Below, in pieces: positions 38,921 to 53,035 of a stretch of 64,000 bases of DNA. A program made the translations under genes and the position numbers. Each line of letters begins with the position of its first letter. The first letter of the stretch is position 1. The stretch is from Callorhinchus milii (taxonomy: Eukaryota), in the NCBI RefSeq assembly GCF_018977255.1, contig NW_024704743.1, positions 41,914,001-41,978,000 of the forward strand, in the 5' to 3' direction. The notes beneath the pieces were generated by a model. That model saw only the letters and a list, made by a program, of their open reading frames with translations. It did not search any database and was not told the origin of the DNA.

Positions 38921-40808
38921 TGGTACACTATACAATCTGTCTTGTGAAGTGCTTTTGAGATGTCTTCCTGACTAAACCAAATGTAAGATTATTATTATAA
39001 GTCTACGTCTCTTCTATTATTATACTATAACATGTTTTTTTTTTAAATCCGGGCTTGCATATATAAATATAAACTGAGAAGTATGCAAAAAAGCATGCAG
39101 GAAATTTCAACAATTAACAGGAGCCGCCTAACAGCCACAGCACACGAACAAGTAACATTAAGAAAACCATTTTTTTACTTAATTTTCTCATGAAAATGTC
39201 CAAGATATTATGGAAATTGTGACCTTTATTTTTTTCTGTTTTTGCCAAGTATTACTGAGGATCATGTCAACAGAACAATTTGGAGGTATTTGTTTTATGT
39301 TCGCTTGTTACTTTTTTGATGTATTTTTGTACCTTATCGCAGCATTTTGTCACATCACATTTTTCTCATACATATGTGACATTCTGAAACTCCTAAACCT
39401 CCACATTTGATCTATTGCTGCATCCATTCATATCTAATCTAATATCAAACCATCACTTAATTGTCAGAGAAGACGTACGTAAAATCCAAAGGATGTTGAT
39501 TTCCACAACAACGGATCAAAGGAACTTCTGTATCTTGGTCCTTTCATTTCCTCAGTTTGCAAAACATATTTCCTCAAGGCTTGTAGTTACAAAGGTTGCA
39601 TGAAGAATGGGATGAATATATTCATCAACATTGATCAAAGCTGGCATTCATCATGCCCTTCAGCTTCGGTAGACACTGATTTACCACAAGTGCTTCTTCT
39701 GAGAAGTCTCATGAGTTTTTGTGACTGCTGCCAAACATCAATAACACAAATTCCTTTTTTTTATTTTTTTTATATAGAGAATCTTATTTAAGAGATAAAT
39801 TTCAGGCTGGTGCACTATCTCTATTCAAAGAATGACATCTCCTACAGTTCTTAAGATTTGCAGCCAATCAAGCCTCTGTTTTTTCTAACATTTTCCAAAT
39901 AATTTAAAGGTGATTTAAGTTTACATTGTTCAGATACTTTACAGCTAGAATGCTTAAAACTGTATTGCTTAAAACTTGCCAACACCGCATAATTAGATGT
40001 AGCATAGATATTTAGATTATGTATCTAAATAAGAGAAGTTACTGAAATCAATATAAATGGAATTATAAAGAGTTAAGGTTTTTCCAAAGTCAACACCAAT
40101 TCTATCTTCGCTCAATATCCACATGGAAGGCTTCAGCAGAGGTTAATAAAGTGTGATGAGGATTAAGAATAATGGTTCCTTTCCTTTGCCCCTCCTCTAT
40201 TCCCCCTCACCCCCCCACCCCCCACATCAACCCATGAGCCACTGAGGCCAATTATAATACTTTCCTTAACATTGTCTACCCTATTGTTATAATATCTGAG
40301 CATCAAGAGATGTTCAAAGTGATGTTCTTCTTAATAGGATGATTTGTGACAGCGGTTGAGTAAACCTTGTGAAGTGCTTTGAGATGCCCTCCTGACGTGA
40401 AAGGCGCTATATCAAATGCAAGGATTATTCAGGATTATTATTTTACATAAAGAATGCAGACGGCTGCTTTGCTTGTATCTGTAACTAACACGGGTGGACC
40501 TGCAGTGTCAGACCTCTGTGATCCTGTTGACAGTCTCACTGCTGTCAAACCTAGTGCTTACTAACATTTGTGCAGTCCTATTTGACTGACTGTTACTCCA
40601 TGCATGCCACTGATTGAGTTCAGCTAAGCTCCTCCAGATTCCCATTGATCTATCTGTATAAGCATAGAAAAGTAGGTATCTGCATGGTTTAGGAACCTCT
40701 CAGTAATTGTCATTTATAGCTATTCTTTAAGAGATTTAAAGCTGCTCTTGACTACAAACCTAGAGTTGTGATCCCTAACACCTCCATATCAGAAGGCAGA
40801 ACAATCAC

Positions 40809-41129
40809 AATAATAATAATAATCCTTGCATTTTGATATAGCGCTTTTCACATTTTCTAGACGTCTCAAAGCGCTTCACAGAATATACTGCAAAGTGAAT
40901 TGACTGTCTATTTGTGGGCGAACGCAGCAGCCAATTGCGCAAAGCAGTGACACACAAACAGTCGTAGATTGAAAATGACCAATTTATTATTGTTTTTGGT
41001 TTTTTGGAGGGATTATTATTAGGCGTGTGGAGCAAGGAAACTTGCCCAAGGTTTCGCCCTGCCTGGAATTGAACTCAGGTCTCTCGCTTGCAAAGCGAGT
41101 GCTCTAACCACTGAGCTACAGGACTCTGC
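40809..41129 (-). mobile_element. Young tRNA-Ala/Deu-type SINE, full length
   Basis: Near-identical reverse complement of 22799-23127. Confidence 0.96.
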
Positions 41130-41299
41130 AATATATGCATTAAAATATGCAGTTTAAACATCAGAATCCCAGATAATCTGGGAGAGTCTTTGCCCTACAA
41201 TATTGTGCAATATGCGGATGAAGAAGAAATTATCTATTTTAATTTAAAAGATCAGCACAGTGAGTTGCTGGTGGCATTATTTACCTTTTTATGTTTTGC

Positions 41300-41408
41300 C
41301 CAAAAAATATACAATCAGTTCACTCTACAGTATATTCTGTGAAGTGCTTTGAGATGGCTTGAAGATGTGCTGAGGCGCTATATTAAATGCAAGGATTATT
41401 ATTATTTA
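41300..41408 (+). mobile_element. SINE 3' fragment
   Basis: cagtatattctgtgaagtgctttgaga..ggcgctatattaaatgcaaggattatt. Confidence 0.85.
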
Positions 41409-42629
41409 TTATCTTTTGCAAAAAAAATATTAAGGCACAACTGCAGCTATGAGTAAGCAGAGTATATTGGATTATTAAAATTAGCTTTTTAATAGTGTTC
41501 TGTGTGCACGATGCAAAGAGACAGGCAAAGTTTCTTCCATCATCTTACATCTGGAGGCTATATCCACGTTAATCTCTCCAAACATGCATTTGAAAGCAGC
41601 AAAAGGGCCCTGGATGGCAGCAACTACAATAAGAGCAGATATTAACTTCCTGTAACAAAGTGGAAGTGACATTATTTGTACCACAATTTATAAAGGGCAT
41701 CAGTCTTTAACTTTGTTACTTACGTGGAGTGCTCATTTTTACAGCAGTTTTCTAATCCTTGTGTAACAGGCTGACAATATTTCAAAGGGCAGCCGAAATA
41801 TGAGACCTGGTCAGACAATCTTACTCAAAGCTATCACTGTTTCAGGGTAGGTTTTTAATCGAAAACTGAATTACAGTCCTTCAGGATGACATTAAATTTT
41901 CATGAAACTGTTCCTTGCAGCAATCAGATGATACAGATTATGTGCAGCTTGCTTGATCCTACTTACAATTATCATATTTCAATACCGAGCTACAGCCGGG
42001 TGCCTTAAAGAGCTGTGTACCATAATTATCATTGCACTTAAATGCAAGGGTCATTTACCGTTCAACTTCGTATTTGTTTGTATCGCTCTGAATGGAACTG
42101 CTCGTGTTATGAAGTTTGCCATCGTTTATTGAGCAGTGTATCACGGATCCTTTTGTCCCATAAATATGAAATAAGAAAAGACCATTTGGCTTATACAGCC
42201 TGCTCTATTCAACCTGGACTGTTAGAAACACCAGACCAATGTGATTAATATAGGAACAAAGCACATCCCCAATCATTCATTGTGATAGAGTAAAAATCAC
42301 TTTTAGTATTACAATGGAACAGTATTTATCCTGATTGGTTCCATTCTATTGATTATAATAATCCATGAATATCATATAGTACCTTATCACATTGTTGAAA
42401 TGTCTCAAAGTGTTTCACAAGATATACTGTAAAGTTTTGTGACTGTATCGTGTAGGCGAACCTGATGAAATGATTGGTTTCATAGTGTCGCTTTCAGAGC
42501 ACAGTCTATCTGTAATTGTCCTTGTAACCTTCAAACCCATATTAACCATCATCTCGTCCCACTCAATTTTTGAGAACACTATTAACCTTACAGACATGTC
42601 TACAGAGATGCCTGTCAACAGTTTGTGTC

Positions 42630-43010
42630 TCAGTTGGGTTCCTTTGGTGGCACTCTTGCCTGGGGGTCAGAAGGTTGTGGGTTCGAAGCCTACAGGAGAG
42701 CTTTGAACTCATAAACTAGGCTGACATTCCAATGCAGTGCTGAGAGAAAGCTGCATTGTCAAAGGTACAACATTAATCCAAGGTTCATTTTGTCTGTTCA
42801 GATGAACTTTAAAGATTCCATGGTACTTTTTTGAAGAAGAGCAAGGAGTTTTCCTTGTGTCCGGGAAAATTACTGACTCATTAAAATTCATGAGCGAACA
42901 AATACATCTGACTCATTGTTCTTTGAGGAAACATTGCTGCATTTGCCTAACAAATCCAGTCACTAGATTTCAAAGTACTTCATTGTACGAAGTCCTTTGA
43001 AATGTTTCAA
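42630..43010 (+). mobile_element. Old DeuSINE-like element
   Basis: gcactcttgcc..gtcagaaggttgtgggttcgaagcc..ctaggctgacattcc..tttgaagaagagcaaggag. Confidence 0.82.
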
Positions 43011-43689
43011 CATGGTAAGAGCATGAGAGATCATAGGATCACAAGAGAGGTACAGATGAAGGAGACCCTTTGTCCCATTTGATCTCATTTTTTCGAGAAT
43101 ATATAAAATTCAAGCAATTCCCATTTTATGTTGAGCTCAGACATCAGGATTCAAAATACAGCATTTGCTGAAACTTCCAGTTTGTAAATGCCATTGGCAT
43201 ATTGCTGTTTTACACTCAAAAAAGGCTAAAAAAACATACAAAACATTTCAAAAGCTTAGAAACTGGTTGCAAAATGCCTCTTGCCAGCAAGATATTTTTC
43301 AATTTTAGCAAATTTGTTATTGAATCACACAAATTTATTTGTAATACAGATGCCAAATTAATTGTGGTTTGTGAATTTCGTAATTTCAAATCCTCTGTCA
43401 CTCATAATAGCTTTATTATTGTGAAATTAGCCTTCCCCACTATAATAAATTTAATAGCATAATTTTAAATAAAAAATATTTTCAAAACTTTTACTGTGCT
43501 TGGTCTTTTTCACTTTTCTTCCCATTTTTTCTTTCCCCTAGTCTCCCTCGTCTATACTTTGGATAGAAACTATTTTTGATATACTATTTTTTACCTATTC
43601 TATGTACTTTATATTGATTGAAACATATCTTTGTGTACCTATTTGTAACTTTACATTCTGCTTTCCATGTTTTTCTTTATAAACATCCA

Positions 43690-43970
43690 TGGATTGAGTG
43701 ACCAATTTTATTTTGAGGATTGTTAGCCAGGTCGTTAGGAGAAACTCCTTATTCAAATAGTGCTATGGGATCTTTAACATCCATCTGAACAGGCATACAA
43801 AACCTAAGTTTAATGTTTCATCCAAAGGATGGCACCTCCAACAATGCAAAATACCCCCAGCACTGCATTGTGGAGTCAGCTTGAACTATATGAGTTCCAG
43901 GTCTTGACAATGGGGCTTGAATTACAACCTTCTGACTCAGAGATGAGAGTGCTATCAACTGAGCCAACAA
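43690..43970 (-). mobile_element. Old DeuSINE-like element
   Basis: gggcttgaattacaaccttctgactcagagatgagagtgctatcaactgagcca is the reversed tRNA-like head; core present. Confidence 0.85.
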
Positions 43971-45149
43971 GTGCCTTTCATGTCATGAGTACATCCTGAG
44001 GGACTAAAAATACTGGCTTAGCACCCAAGGTGTGGGTCAAAACCTTACAGGTTTCTTTTGTAGTGAGTGAAAAATGTAAACCATCGATAATTGGCCGGTG
44101 CACATCATTGATATGACTTGCTTGATCAGTGATGTGAGGTATGATCATGCACACAATGATACCAAGAGCAGGCAGGATATGGACAAGTAAATTCATGTAA
44201 AGAGATCCAAATATTGACTGCTTTGGATAGGAATTTATTCTGTATGTCTACTGTTGGGGGGTGGGGTGTCACTTTGTTCTAAATATTAATTAGCTTGTCA
44301 ATTTTATATTTAGATACCATATATACTTTTGATAGTGGTGGATAACTAATAAAACCCTTGATCACAGAAATGACGTACATTACGGTGTGATTGTCAAACA
44401 AATCGAATGAATGGGCACTTTCACATCAGGTACAATATGTGGGCTAAACAGAGATAATTTTGCATTCTTGGCTTGGAATAATGCATGTGTATAGGAATTT
44501 TATTCCTATATACATGCAGTATTTGTGCATGTGTATAGGAATAAACATCATGAAGCAATTTTTCTGAGTTTGGAGCTCGAAGAGTAATTGGATTTGATAA
44601 ACAAATTAACCTTTCAGGCACATTTTCACGGCATGATTAATGCGGAGATGCGCAGACATGTCATGAAAATTTCAGTCAATTCCTACTAACCTGAGGCGTT
44701 TCTTTTTCCCTTGTTTCTTTGTCTGGAATAAAAGCTTGAATTGAATTTCTCTTCCGACATGCAGAAAAAACTGCCATAAAACACAAACCACAAAAGGTTT
44801 GGCCATATGTGTGTGCTCATTCATGTGCTCTTGTGAACATGCTTCTGGTCTCTGAACCTACTGGGTAACACTTGTTAGAAAAAAAAATTCCAACTGACTA
44901 ATTCCAGTGATATCCTTCGCTGTGAACCTCCATACAATTTAAACCAGCAACAAAATGAAGTGTGTTGACCCAGGCTGAGCTGCCATGATCAGTTTTTTAT
45001 TGTAACACTAATTATTCTCTAGTATCCTAGTACATTTGCTGTTTGGTTCTTGTTTGTTATTCATAAAGAAAGGAAAATTTGCAGCAAGGAAAGGCAATTT
45101 TGCCTATCAACCTCATAACTCTATGTTCTCCTCACATCTACTCCACCAA

Positions 45150-45700
45150 TGACCAGGAATGTGATATATTACCAGAAGAAATACTCTACTTACTCTCTCT
45201 TTTAAGCCCAAATACAATCAAGCAGTACATTAGACTATTTCTTTCGCAGATCTTCACTTTCATTTCTGCCTTCCATTAGCATCCTCTACCATCATAGTAT
45301 TTCAGTCAGAGACTCTCTCTGTTCCTTCATATGATAATAATAATCTCAATAACCCTCAATGCATTTCCTCAACAGCTATTTATCCATTTCTTTATTAACT
45401 GCTTTACTTTGGAGCCAGTTCACTTCACATACTTCATACATATGATTGGTAAAATTGTTTTCTTCTGATGACTATTCTTGCTGGAAGCTTACATATTTTG
45501 CAAGTTCTATCCTTCAATTTGACTACTACAGATCAAATTGAACCAGGTTACTCTTAGTTTATCTATGCCTTAGTATTTATAAACCTTTAACAATGTTTCC
45601 TTAACTCTCCTTTTCTCTAATGATAAGTTAAAAATAAAAAATAAGTTCATCTTTCTGAGTTTTTTTTCATATTTTAGAACCTGGAAAACTGGAAATATAG
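45150..45700 (-). mobile_element. CR1 fragments, degenerate
   Basis: Reverse frame NLSLEKRRVKETLLKVYKY resembles CR1 FSLEKRRLRGDLIEVYK. Confidence 0.55.
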
Positions 45701-46104
45701 TATCACAGCAGCTGACCAATTGAACAATTGCGCCTCTCTGAAAGTTACCCACTCAGTCTCACTCTCCTGTCCAATCTCCACATGCTTTAATCATTTTTCT
45801 TTTTCAAATATTTGCCCAATTTTTTTTGAAAAGTTATTTGTAAATTTTACCTCAGACCAGGTGTTGGAAGGGTCTGTGTGGAGTAAAATTTCACTTGGGT
45901 CTAGATTTATCAATCAGCACCTTGGGACATCCTCTCAACATGAAAGGCACTATAGAAATGTAAGTTTGTTGGTGATGGTGGTGGTGGTACACTTTTAACG
46001 TACCATTTAAGAGTGATAGATTGTGGAATTCACTCTTAATCTTTGAAGCTGGTTTTCTGTAGTTCTTTACAAAAATTATAAATGGTTTGAAATCTTATAT
46101 TATT

Positions 46105-46210
46105 CACCCACAAAATATACTGTCAATTCACTTTACAATATAGTCTGTGAAGCGCTTTGAGACGTCTCAACAATATGATAAGGCGCTATATCAAATGCAA
46201 GGATTATTAT
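46105..46210 (+). mobile_element. SINE 3' fragment
   Basis: ctgtgaagcgctttgagacgtctc..gataaggcgctatatcaaatgcaaggattattat. Confidence 0.88.
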
Positions 46211-46625
46211 ACACTATATTATCTTAAAAGAGCAAATCTAGACAAAGTGGAATTTTAATCCTTTCATGTCTTAACAAATCTCAGTGTATTTTGTTCTGCT
46301 AAAATCTTTCTTAGTTTCTTTATTAGTGATCTTAAATCCATACTCTCTGGTGATCAACTCACCAACCAATCTTGTTGTCTGAAATGTCCTTGTCACTTCA
46401 GTATTCTCTGAACTTGTTCCATTGCATCCATATCTTCTCAGAGGTAAGATGACTAATATGGCAAAACTGTGTCTAGAAATGGCTACAGCAGTGATACAGA
46501 AGACATATGAACAAATTGTTCTGCCTTATATTCAAATAATCTGCAGATGTGTTCCAGTGACCATCGTGACTGGATACATTCAGGAAATGATTAATATTCA
46601 CACTTAAATAATTTGCACATTTCAC

Positions 46626-46746
46626 TGTCTCCTGTTAATATACAAAAATATTTCCTTGCCTTGTCTCCTGTTAATATACCGACATCTAGCTCCTGTTTAT
46701 CTCCTCTTAATGTACTAAATATTTCCCTGTTCTGTCTCCTGTTAGC
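46626..46746. repeat. Degenerate ~36-bp minisatellite (~3.5 units)
   Basis: tgtctcctgttaatatac-like motif recurs at about 36-bp spacing. Confidence 0.8.
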
Positions 46747-48674
46747 AAACAGTGGTTGGAGTCTTCTCACTGTTTTACACAAGAAGGTCATACTTCTATT
46801 AGGCAAAGGCAACATTAAGTTTGAAGTTCCCTCCCTTCATAATATTAACATCGGAAAAAAATTGTCTAGCTTTTTAATCCATGCATAAACTAACAGATAC
46901 AAAATGTATAAATCCATATTTCAATACAATCTGCAGATTTATAATGATTTCAATAGATTGCTAAACACCATCCACAATCCACAAAATAAACACATCCACT
47001 AGTTCCTGTCATCTTCTGCTGAACACTTACTTTTTACAACTTTTTTTCTTGCTGTAATTTCAACAGAATGAGAAGCTGTCGGGTGAGTTATCACAAAGCA
47101 CCGGTACTGTCTTTCATGTGCCTTCTTGCTTCTTTTTGTTAGGTAGCGGGCTATTAGCTCCCAAATTCACATGTGCTCCTTCAGTCAGGAGTGCACAAGG
47201 CCCTGGCCCATGGATTGGTATTCAGCTGCTGTCAGTGCTGTTGCTTAATTGGGTGACAGGAGCATGTCTTCGTGAGATTTTCCTCCCTTTAAAAATAAGG
47301 CATTCAGCTCTGCTGCAGCAAGTACAGAGCCCAAGACACTGCCCTGCCTGGGAAATGGTGAAACTCGCTCAACAAGGGCAGGCGACTGTGATTCTCAGTG
47401 GAAGCTGGGATGTGAACCCACTGCCCTTTGAGTTGGTTATCAAATCATCTCCTTCAAGTGCTACTCTTCTCCTGCAGTATAAATGTTTACCTTTAACTCT
47501 GATGTGGTCCCCAAGTACACTGAGAAGAGACGGATTTCACTATGAAGCAAAGTGATTCTGTTACTTGAGATTGTGACTATGACATGCTGGCAATATCTAC
47601 GAAGCGCAAGACGCTGAAAGTAATCAGATTCCGATTCCACTCCTTGAAGTCAAAGGCAGAGCTTGTGCAGGATTGTAGTTGTGCGTTTTTTCTCCCTGGG
47701 TTGTTGGTTGGTTTAATTTGTATTGAAAATTTAGAAAAAGGTTCAAATAATTTGTGGCACCAGCTGAGACATTGAAATATGAATGAACTGGAGCAAAAAG
47801 TCACAGAAATGGTTTGTTTATCCGGTATCTGTATTCACATAATAATAATATAATAAAAATGATCCATTTGGTATTGTGCTTTCACGTCAGGTGGATGTCC
47901 CATGGCACTTCACAGGATCTATTGTACAGTGTATTGTATCGTATCAATAATAAGACTGCATTGTATCAAAAGTAAGATAAATTCAGCTGAAAGTATCCGG
48001 AAAAATGAATGAAAAAATGGAAAGAAGGTGAATTGCCATGATATTATTACTCTTTTTAATTTTTTTTAAAAATTACTCATTTAGAATTAGCAGTATCCTT
48101 TTGCTTTGAACATAAGTCGCTCTGCATTAATGAAGTTGATAGATTGATACAAGATGTTATTCAATCGAAAGGGCAGTTTTTTTGAGCTAAGCAATCTATT
48201 ATTATAGGAAGCACAGGGAGTTACTCTGAAATAGCTAATGTCAAACAGCTAAATTGACTCTGTTGGGTATGCCTTGATAGTGTGTATCGATTTCTGGTAA
48301 GTGGCTATATTTAGTACCGATTGCATTAATAAGCAAGGTGGATATTTGCATCAGCACAATATGAGCCAAGTAATTTTTGTAATAGTAATAATTCTTGCAT
48401 TATACATAGCACCTTATCATGTCATCGAGACGTCTCAAAGTGCTTCACAGGATATACCGTAAAATGATTTAACTGTATATTTGTGGGGTAATGCACACGT
48501 AAACATTTTCTCCTCTGCTGGTGAAGCACCATTATAATGTGAGCATTTTAACTTCAAGCAATACTTTGTACCAAAACTTGTAGCTTGAGTTCAAGGAATT
48601 TAAATTAGATTGCACTCTGACAAGCACGGACATAGATTGTGTAATCCCCACGGGTCAGTGTGAACCATTCTTGG

Positions 48675-48693
48675 TTACCAGCAGGTGTCGCTA
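48675..48693 (+). promoter_or_regulatory. CTCF-like motif (forward)
   Basis: ttaCCAGCAGGTGTCGCTA vs consensus CCA(G/C)(C/T)AG(A/G)(G/T)GGC(G/A)CTA. Confidence 0.5.
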
Positions 48694-49439
48694 TTTGGAT
48701 TCCCATTATGAATGGCAGCACAATCAGATAAATAGGACATAGAAAGTTTACAGAAAATAAAAATTGACTGGCAACAAATCACAAGGAAAAATCAGCACTT
48801 GTAAGTGGGATATGCTGCTAGAATTCTGAAATAGATGCATTAACAATTGTGTGACTAACAATTATACAACTGTTCAACATCCTGACCGTGGAGAGTGAGA
48901 GGGTGTTATATAAGATGTTGTTCAAGTTGTGCTAATTCCATATAATCAGCTATGTGCGATACAGTAAAATCTCAGCACTGCACAGTAACAGAAAAGGAAT
49001 TTGCTTCTGAAACTCGGAAGAATGCAATCCCCAGCGATTTCCAAGACCCTGCAACAATCATCAGAGAAGAACGCCACTTCACAAGAACTCACAGGAGTAA
49101 TTCCCAATGGACAGCATCAGATCTACTTAGTTTTATCCTTAGAGTCATTAGAGTCAGCAGGAGCTTACCCTTGATGTTCAGGTTTGGTTCCCAAGGAAAA
49201 AAAATTGAAGATGATTTCAGGCATCCAAGGTCAAAAAAGGAAAAGGAGCTTAGAATTATAAAATTACAAAGGCTTCATAGATCTAGGCTTGTCCTTGGAA
49301 GTGTGGTGAGTAGGTCATAAAGAATCATAACTTTTTTTGCCTAAATTTGATTTAAATTAAAGCATTGAAACTATAGGCATTTTAGCATTGCAAAAAAGAA
49401 TCAATTGATTATCATGTATGATAGAACAGAGAGGGCTAT

Positions 49440-49690
49440 AACAATGATAACAATTTCATCTAATATAGTGCTTATTATGTTGAAAGCGTTTTAGAGGAAA
49501 CTTGTCAAATGTTGTGAACGTATATTTGTAGGCAAGCACCGCTGCCGATTACTGGCCCTACAAACAGCTAAGAAGTGAATGGCCAATTTATCTGGGAGAT
49601 TGTTGGTCAGGACACTGGGAGAAACTCCCTTTTCGTTTTCAAGGGATCTTTTCATGGGATCTTTATTGGCCACCTAAACAGGCAATAGGG
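49440..49690 (-). mobile_element. Old DeuSINE-like fragment
   Basis: ttgttggtcaggacactgggagaaactccc..catgggatctttat..cacctaaacaggca. Confidence 0.72.
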
Positions 49691-49960
49691 GAACACTGAA
49701 TGGGCTGCAGTGCCAAAAATAGCACCACAACAGGGCCATCTATTCCTTCAATAGATGATTTCAGACATCTTTCCAAAGTGAAAGTAGCTTATATAAATTG
49801 TAAATGTAAAAATTGTATGATTCTCTAAATGTCAGCAAATTTGGTAACAATTGACAAATTACCCATGAACTTCAGCTACTGCTGACATTTCTCATGGTCT
49901 TAAGCTTAAGACCAATAGCAGAAAATATAAAATAATGAAAAATTTTAGAAAACGGTCATA

Positions 49961-50075
49961 AATTGAATCTTACTTTGGAAGCTGTTTTTCAACAGTATAC
50001 AAATAGTCCTGTGGAAGATTAGTTTCAATACTTAGATTTGGATTTAAGGCTGCTTTCCAAAATTCCCCAGAATGG
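49961..50075. mobile_element. AT-rich palindromic element
   Basis: aattgaatcttactttggaagct vs agtttcaatacttagatttggattt..ttccaaaattcc; similar to 6044 and 13378. Confidence 0.5.
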
Positions 50076-50090
50076 TATATTTCAAGACTT

Positions 50091-50440
50091 AATCCTTGCA
50101 TTTTGTATTTGCATTTGATATAGCGCCTTAACATGTCATCGAAACATCTCAAAGCGCTTCATAGAATATACTGTGAAGTGAATTGACTGTATATTTGTGG
50201 TAAAACACAGCAGCCAATTTCACACAGCAGTGTCCCTCAAACAGTCGTGGATTGAGTGACCAAATCACAATTTTAAATTTTTTTGAAAGGATTATTATTC
50301 CCGGAAAGCAATCCGCCAATCGACATACAACTGGGTTCCTACTTAAACAGAGGCATATTGAGTAAGGAAACCTGCCTAAGGTTGTGTCCCACCCGGGAAT
50401 CGAACCCGGGTTCCCTCATTTGCGCGGGGGGCTCCCTCAC
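50091..50440 (-). mobile_element. Young SINE (insert subfamily)
   Basis: Tail, core, insert aatccgccaatcgacatacaactgggttcctact, B box (gggaatcgaacc on +). Confidence 0.9.
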
Positions 50441-51016
50441 CCCTCACTAAAGTCTAAGAAGATGATATATTTCAGACCCCAAATACGGTCCATGTTCTGC
50501 TTGTGGTTTATCAAACCCAAACTGGATTGATAAGTTCCCTTTGGATTCACAAATTTCATATCACCTGCCAGTATATGGTGCGCACGCTTTCTAATATGCT
50601 GTAAACACAATGAGAGATATTATGCCTGACAGTTATATGCCTTTTAGCAGGTATATTGCTGAAAGATATCATCATTGACCAGAAATGTGACATTTTCCAA
50701 TAAGCAGAAAAACGTACCAGTAGTGGTGAATCTTATAGCACAATGTTAATGCACACCTTTAATAAACAGTTTAGTACGTCATCAAGCAGGAAATGAGGTT
50801 TAGGTACTTGATCTCTTTGAAAGACCAGACATGCTGATCAAAAAATAAGCAGCTAATCGTTGATAAAACTAGGAAAGTGAGTGTTTCCTGACAAGCACTA
50901 GGCCTAATCATTGAACAGGCATACAGTATTCCCAGCAAATTATCCACCAGTAAGTGTTTTGAGTGTGTACCTTTCTATGTGATACTTTCTACCACGCTTT
51001 CAATGGTACTAAGACT

Positions 51017-51356
51017 AGGGACAAGCAGGAGGCTGGAGCCAGCTGAGCAGAGGCAGCGGATGGTGGAGTGGGGCATAAGAAGATCGACAAGGGGAGGAGG
51101 TGCGAGGGCACAAAGGGATTTGAAAACGAGTGAGAGGATCTTGAAATCAATCAGTTTGGTAATTGGGAACCAATGGAGCCTGGCGAGGACTGGTGTGATG
51201 GGGTCATATGGTGTTTTGTGCAGGTGAGTATCTGGGTGGCAGACTTTTGAATTAATTGAATTTTGTGTATGGTGGAGCTGGGGAGACCAGCAAGGAGGGC
51301 ATTGGAATAGTCCAGCTGGAAAGTGATAAAGACGCGGATGAGGGTTTCGGCCACGT
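51017..51356 (-). mobile_element. L2 ORF2 3' fragment
   Basis: [35 protein letters not shown]. Confidence 0.92.
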
Positions 51357-51557
51357 TGGTTGTGAGATATGGATGGAGGCGATCAAAGTATCACAATTTA
51401 CACTACAGATCTCAATTGCCTTACTAACAATGTACATATTCATCAAAACAATGAAGCAGTAATCCTAGAACCAAAGGGTGGAGTCAGATAGGACACATTC
51501 CACTGAAATCTCCGGGTAATTTGGCACTCTGACATCATGACTGCCAGATTAAGATAT

Positions 51558-51893
51558 CCTAACCTCCTAGCATCCTGCTCGCTCCCTTCACTCAGCGGGC
51601 TCCACCATGCTTCACGTCCCCTGCCTCGCTCACCCCACTGTTAGCGGGCAGGCCTTCTGCCATTCTACTCCCACCCTCTGGAACTCCATTCCGCAGTCCC
51701 CTTCCTTGCCTCCTTGAAGACCCATATCTAGACACACCTATTCGACCGTGCTTTTGATCTCCCTGCTTCCCCCCCTGCCCTCCTCCCTCCCTGACCCCGA
51801 CCCCCAGCTCGGGTCCGAAACACTGTCTGTCCACCGCCTTGGGACATCCTCCCGACGTGAACGGCGCTGTACAAATGTAATTTTGTTGTTGTT
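51558..51893 (+). mobile_element. L2 3' end
   Basis: gcgggcaggccttctgccat..ctctggaactccat..gggacatcctcccgacgtgaa..(gtt)n. Confidence 0.92.
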
Positions 51894-52336
51894 GGGAGTC
51901 CAGATAAGCTGCTTCTCACAACCAAAATATCAGAATAAATCTGATATCCTGTTAACCAACAGGCATTCCAATGCTCCAATCTATGTCTTGGAAGTCCATT
52001 GCATGAGTTGGGCACAATCATTGTGAAGGAGTCGGGGTGAATTTACAGCCACTAATCAATCAATGTCTGGTTGTCAACATGGTTGAATATTCAACAATGT
52101 CTCAATTAACACTGTTGTTAATTAACACATCACAGGTCACAATTTTGAGCCCACCTTCTTCTGAAGAATTGACCCTGTCCTCACTGATTGACAAATCTAT
52201 TGTACTACTCTGCATATGTGTCTGCAGCTTGAATATTTACTTACAATCGCTGCTTTGAAGCATGATTGAGGATTCATCACAAAACGCTCTTGCCCATGAT
52301 CTAAAGTTTAATTTGAGCAGCCATTACACTCTTAAA

Positions 52337-53035
52337 TAACAGCAAGAACAAAAATTACATTTCTAAAGCCACTTTCACATTGGGAGGACGTCCCTAGGCA
52401 ATGGACAGAGTTACGGACCTGAGCTCGGGGTCTTGAGATGGGTCTTGAAGGTGGCATGGGAGGGTTCGGGATGGAGTTTCAGAGAATGGGGGCAGAATAG
52501 CGGAAGGCCTGCCCGCCATTAGTGGGGTGAGCAAGGTGGGGATGTGAAGCAGGCTGGAGCCCGCTGAGCGGAGGGAGCAAACAGGATAGTAGGGGGTTAG
52601 GAGGTCGCAGAGGTAGGGGGGAGGGTTTTGAAGGTGAGGACCAAGATCTTGAACTGTATCCTCTGTGTGATGGGAAGCCAGTGGAGTTGGTCAAGGATGG
52701 GGGTGATAGGGTCACGGAGCCTAGTGCGGGAGAGGACATGGGCTGCAGAGCTCTGGATGATCTGTAGCCTATAGAGGGAGGAGTTGAGGAGGCCGACAAG
52801 CAATGAGTTTGCATAATCGAGCCTCAATGTAATGAAAGCGTGTATGAGGATTTTGGCGGCCTGCAGTGTGAGACAGTGGCAAAGCCGGGCAACGTTGCGG
52901 AGGTGGGGGAAGGCAAAGCAGGTCATGGTGCTTATGCGGGGTAGGAAGGATAGTTGAGGGTCAAACAAGACCCCAAGATTCCGGATAGTTTAACAAGGTG
53001 GAGTGTGCAACCATGGATGGTGTTGCTGTCAGCGC
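52337..53035 (-). mobile_element. L2 3' fragment
   Basis: FDPQLSF..HAFITLRLDYANSLL..LHWLPITQRIQFKILVLTFK. Confidence 0.94.

Noticed and set aside
44623..44669. Small hairpins (ttttcacggcatg..catgtcatgaaaa; also 60541-60580 and 40009-40031)
   Set aside because: Stems of 9-13 bp are expected by chance in 64 kb of AT-rich DNA
46626..46746. CRISPR-like repeat-spacer array
   Set aside because: Short degenerate tandem units with related intervening sequence, vertebrate context, no cas genes
47118..49320. ORFs of 145 aa (47118-47555) and 122 aa (48952-49320)
   Set aside because: No recognisable domain and no consistent splice sites; lengths are compatible with chance
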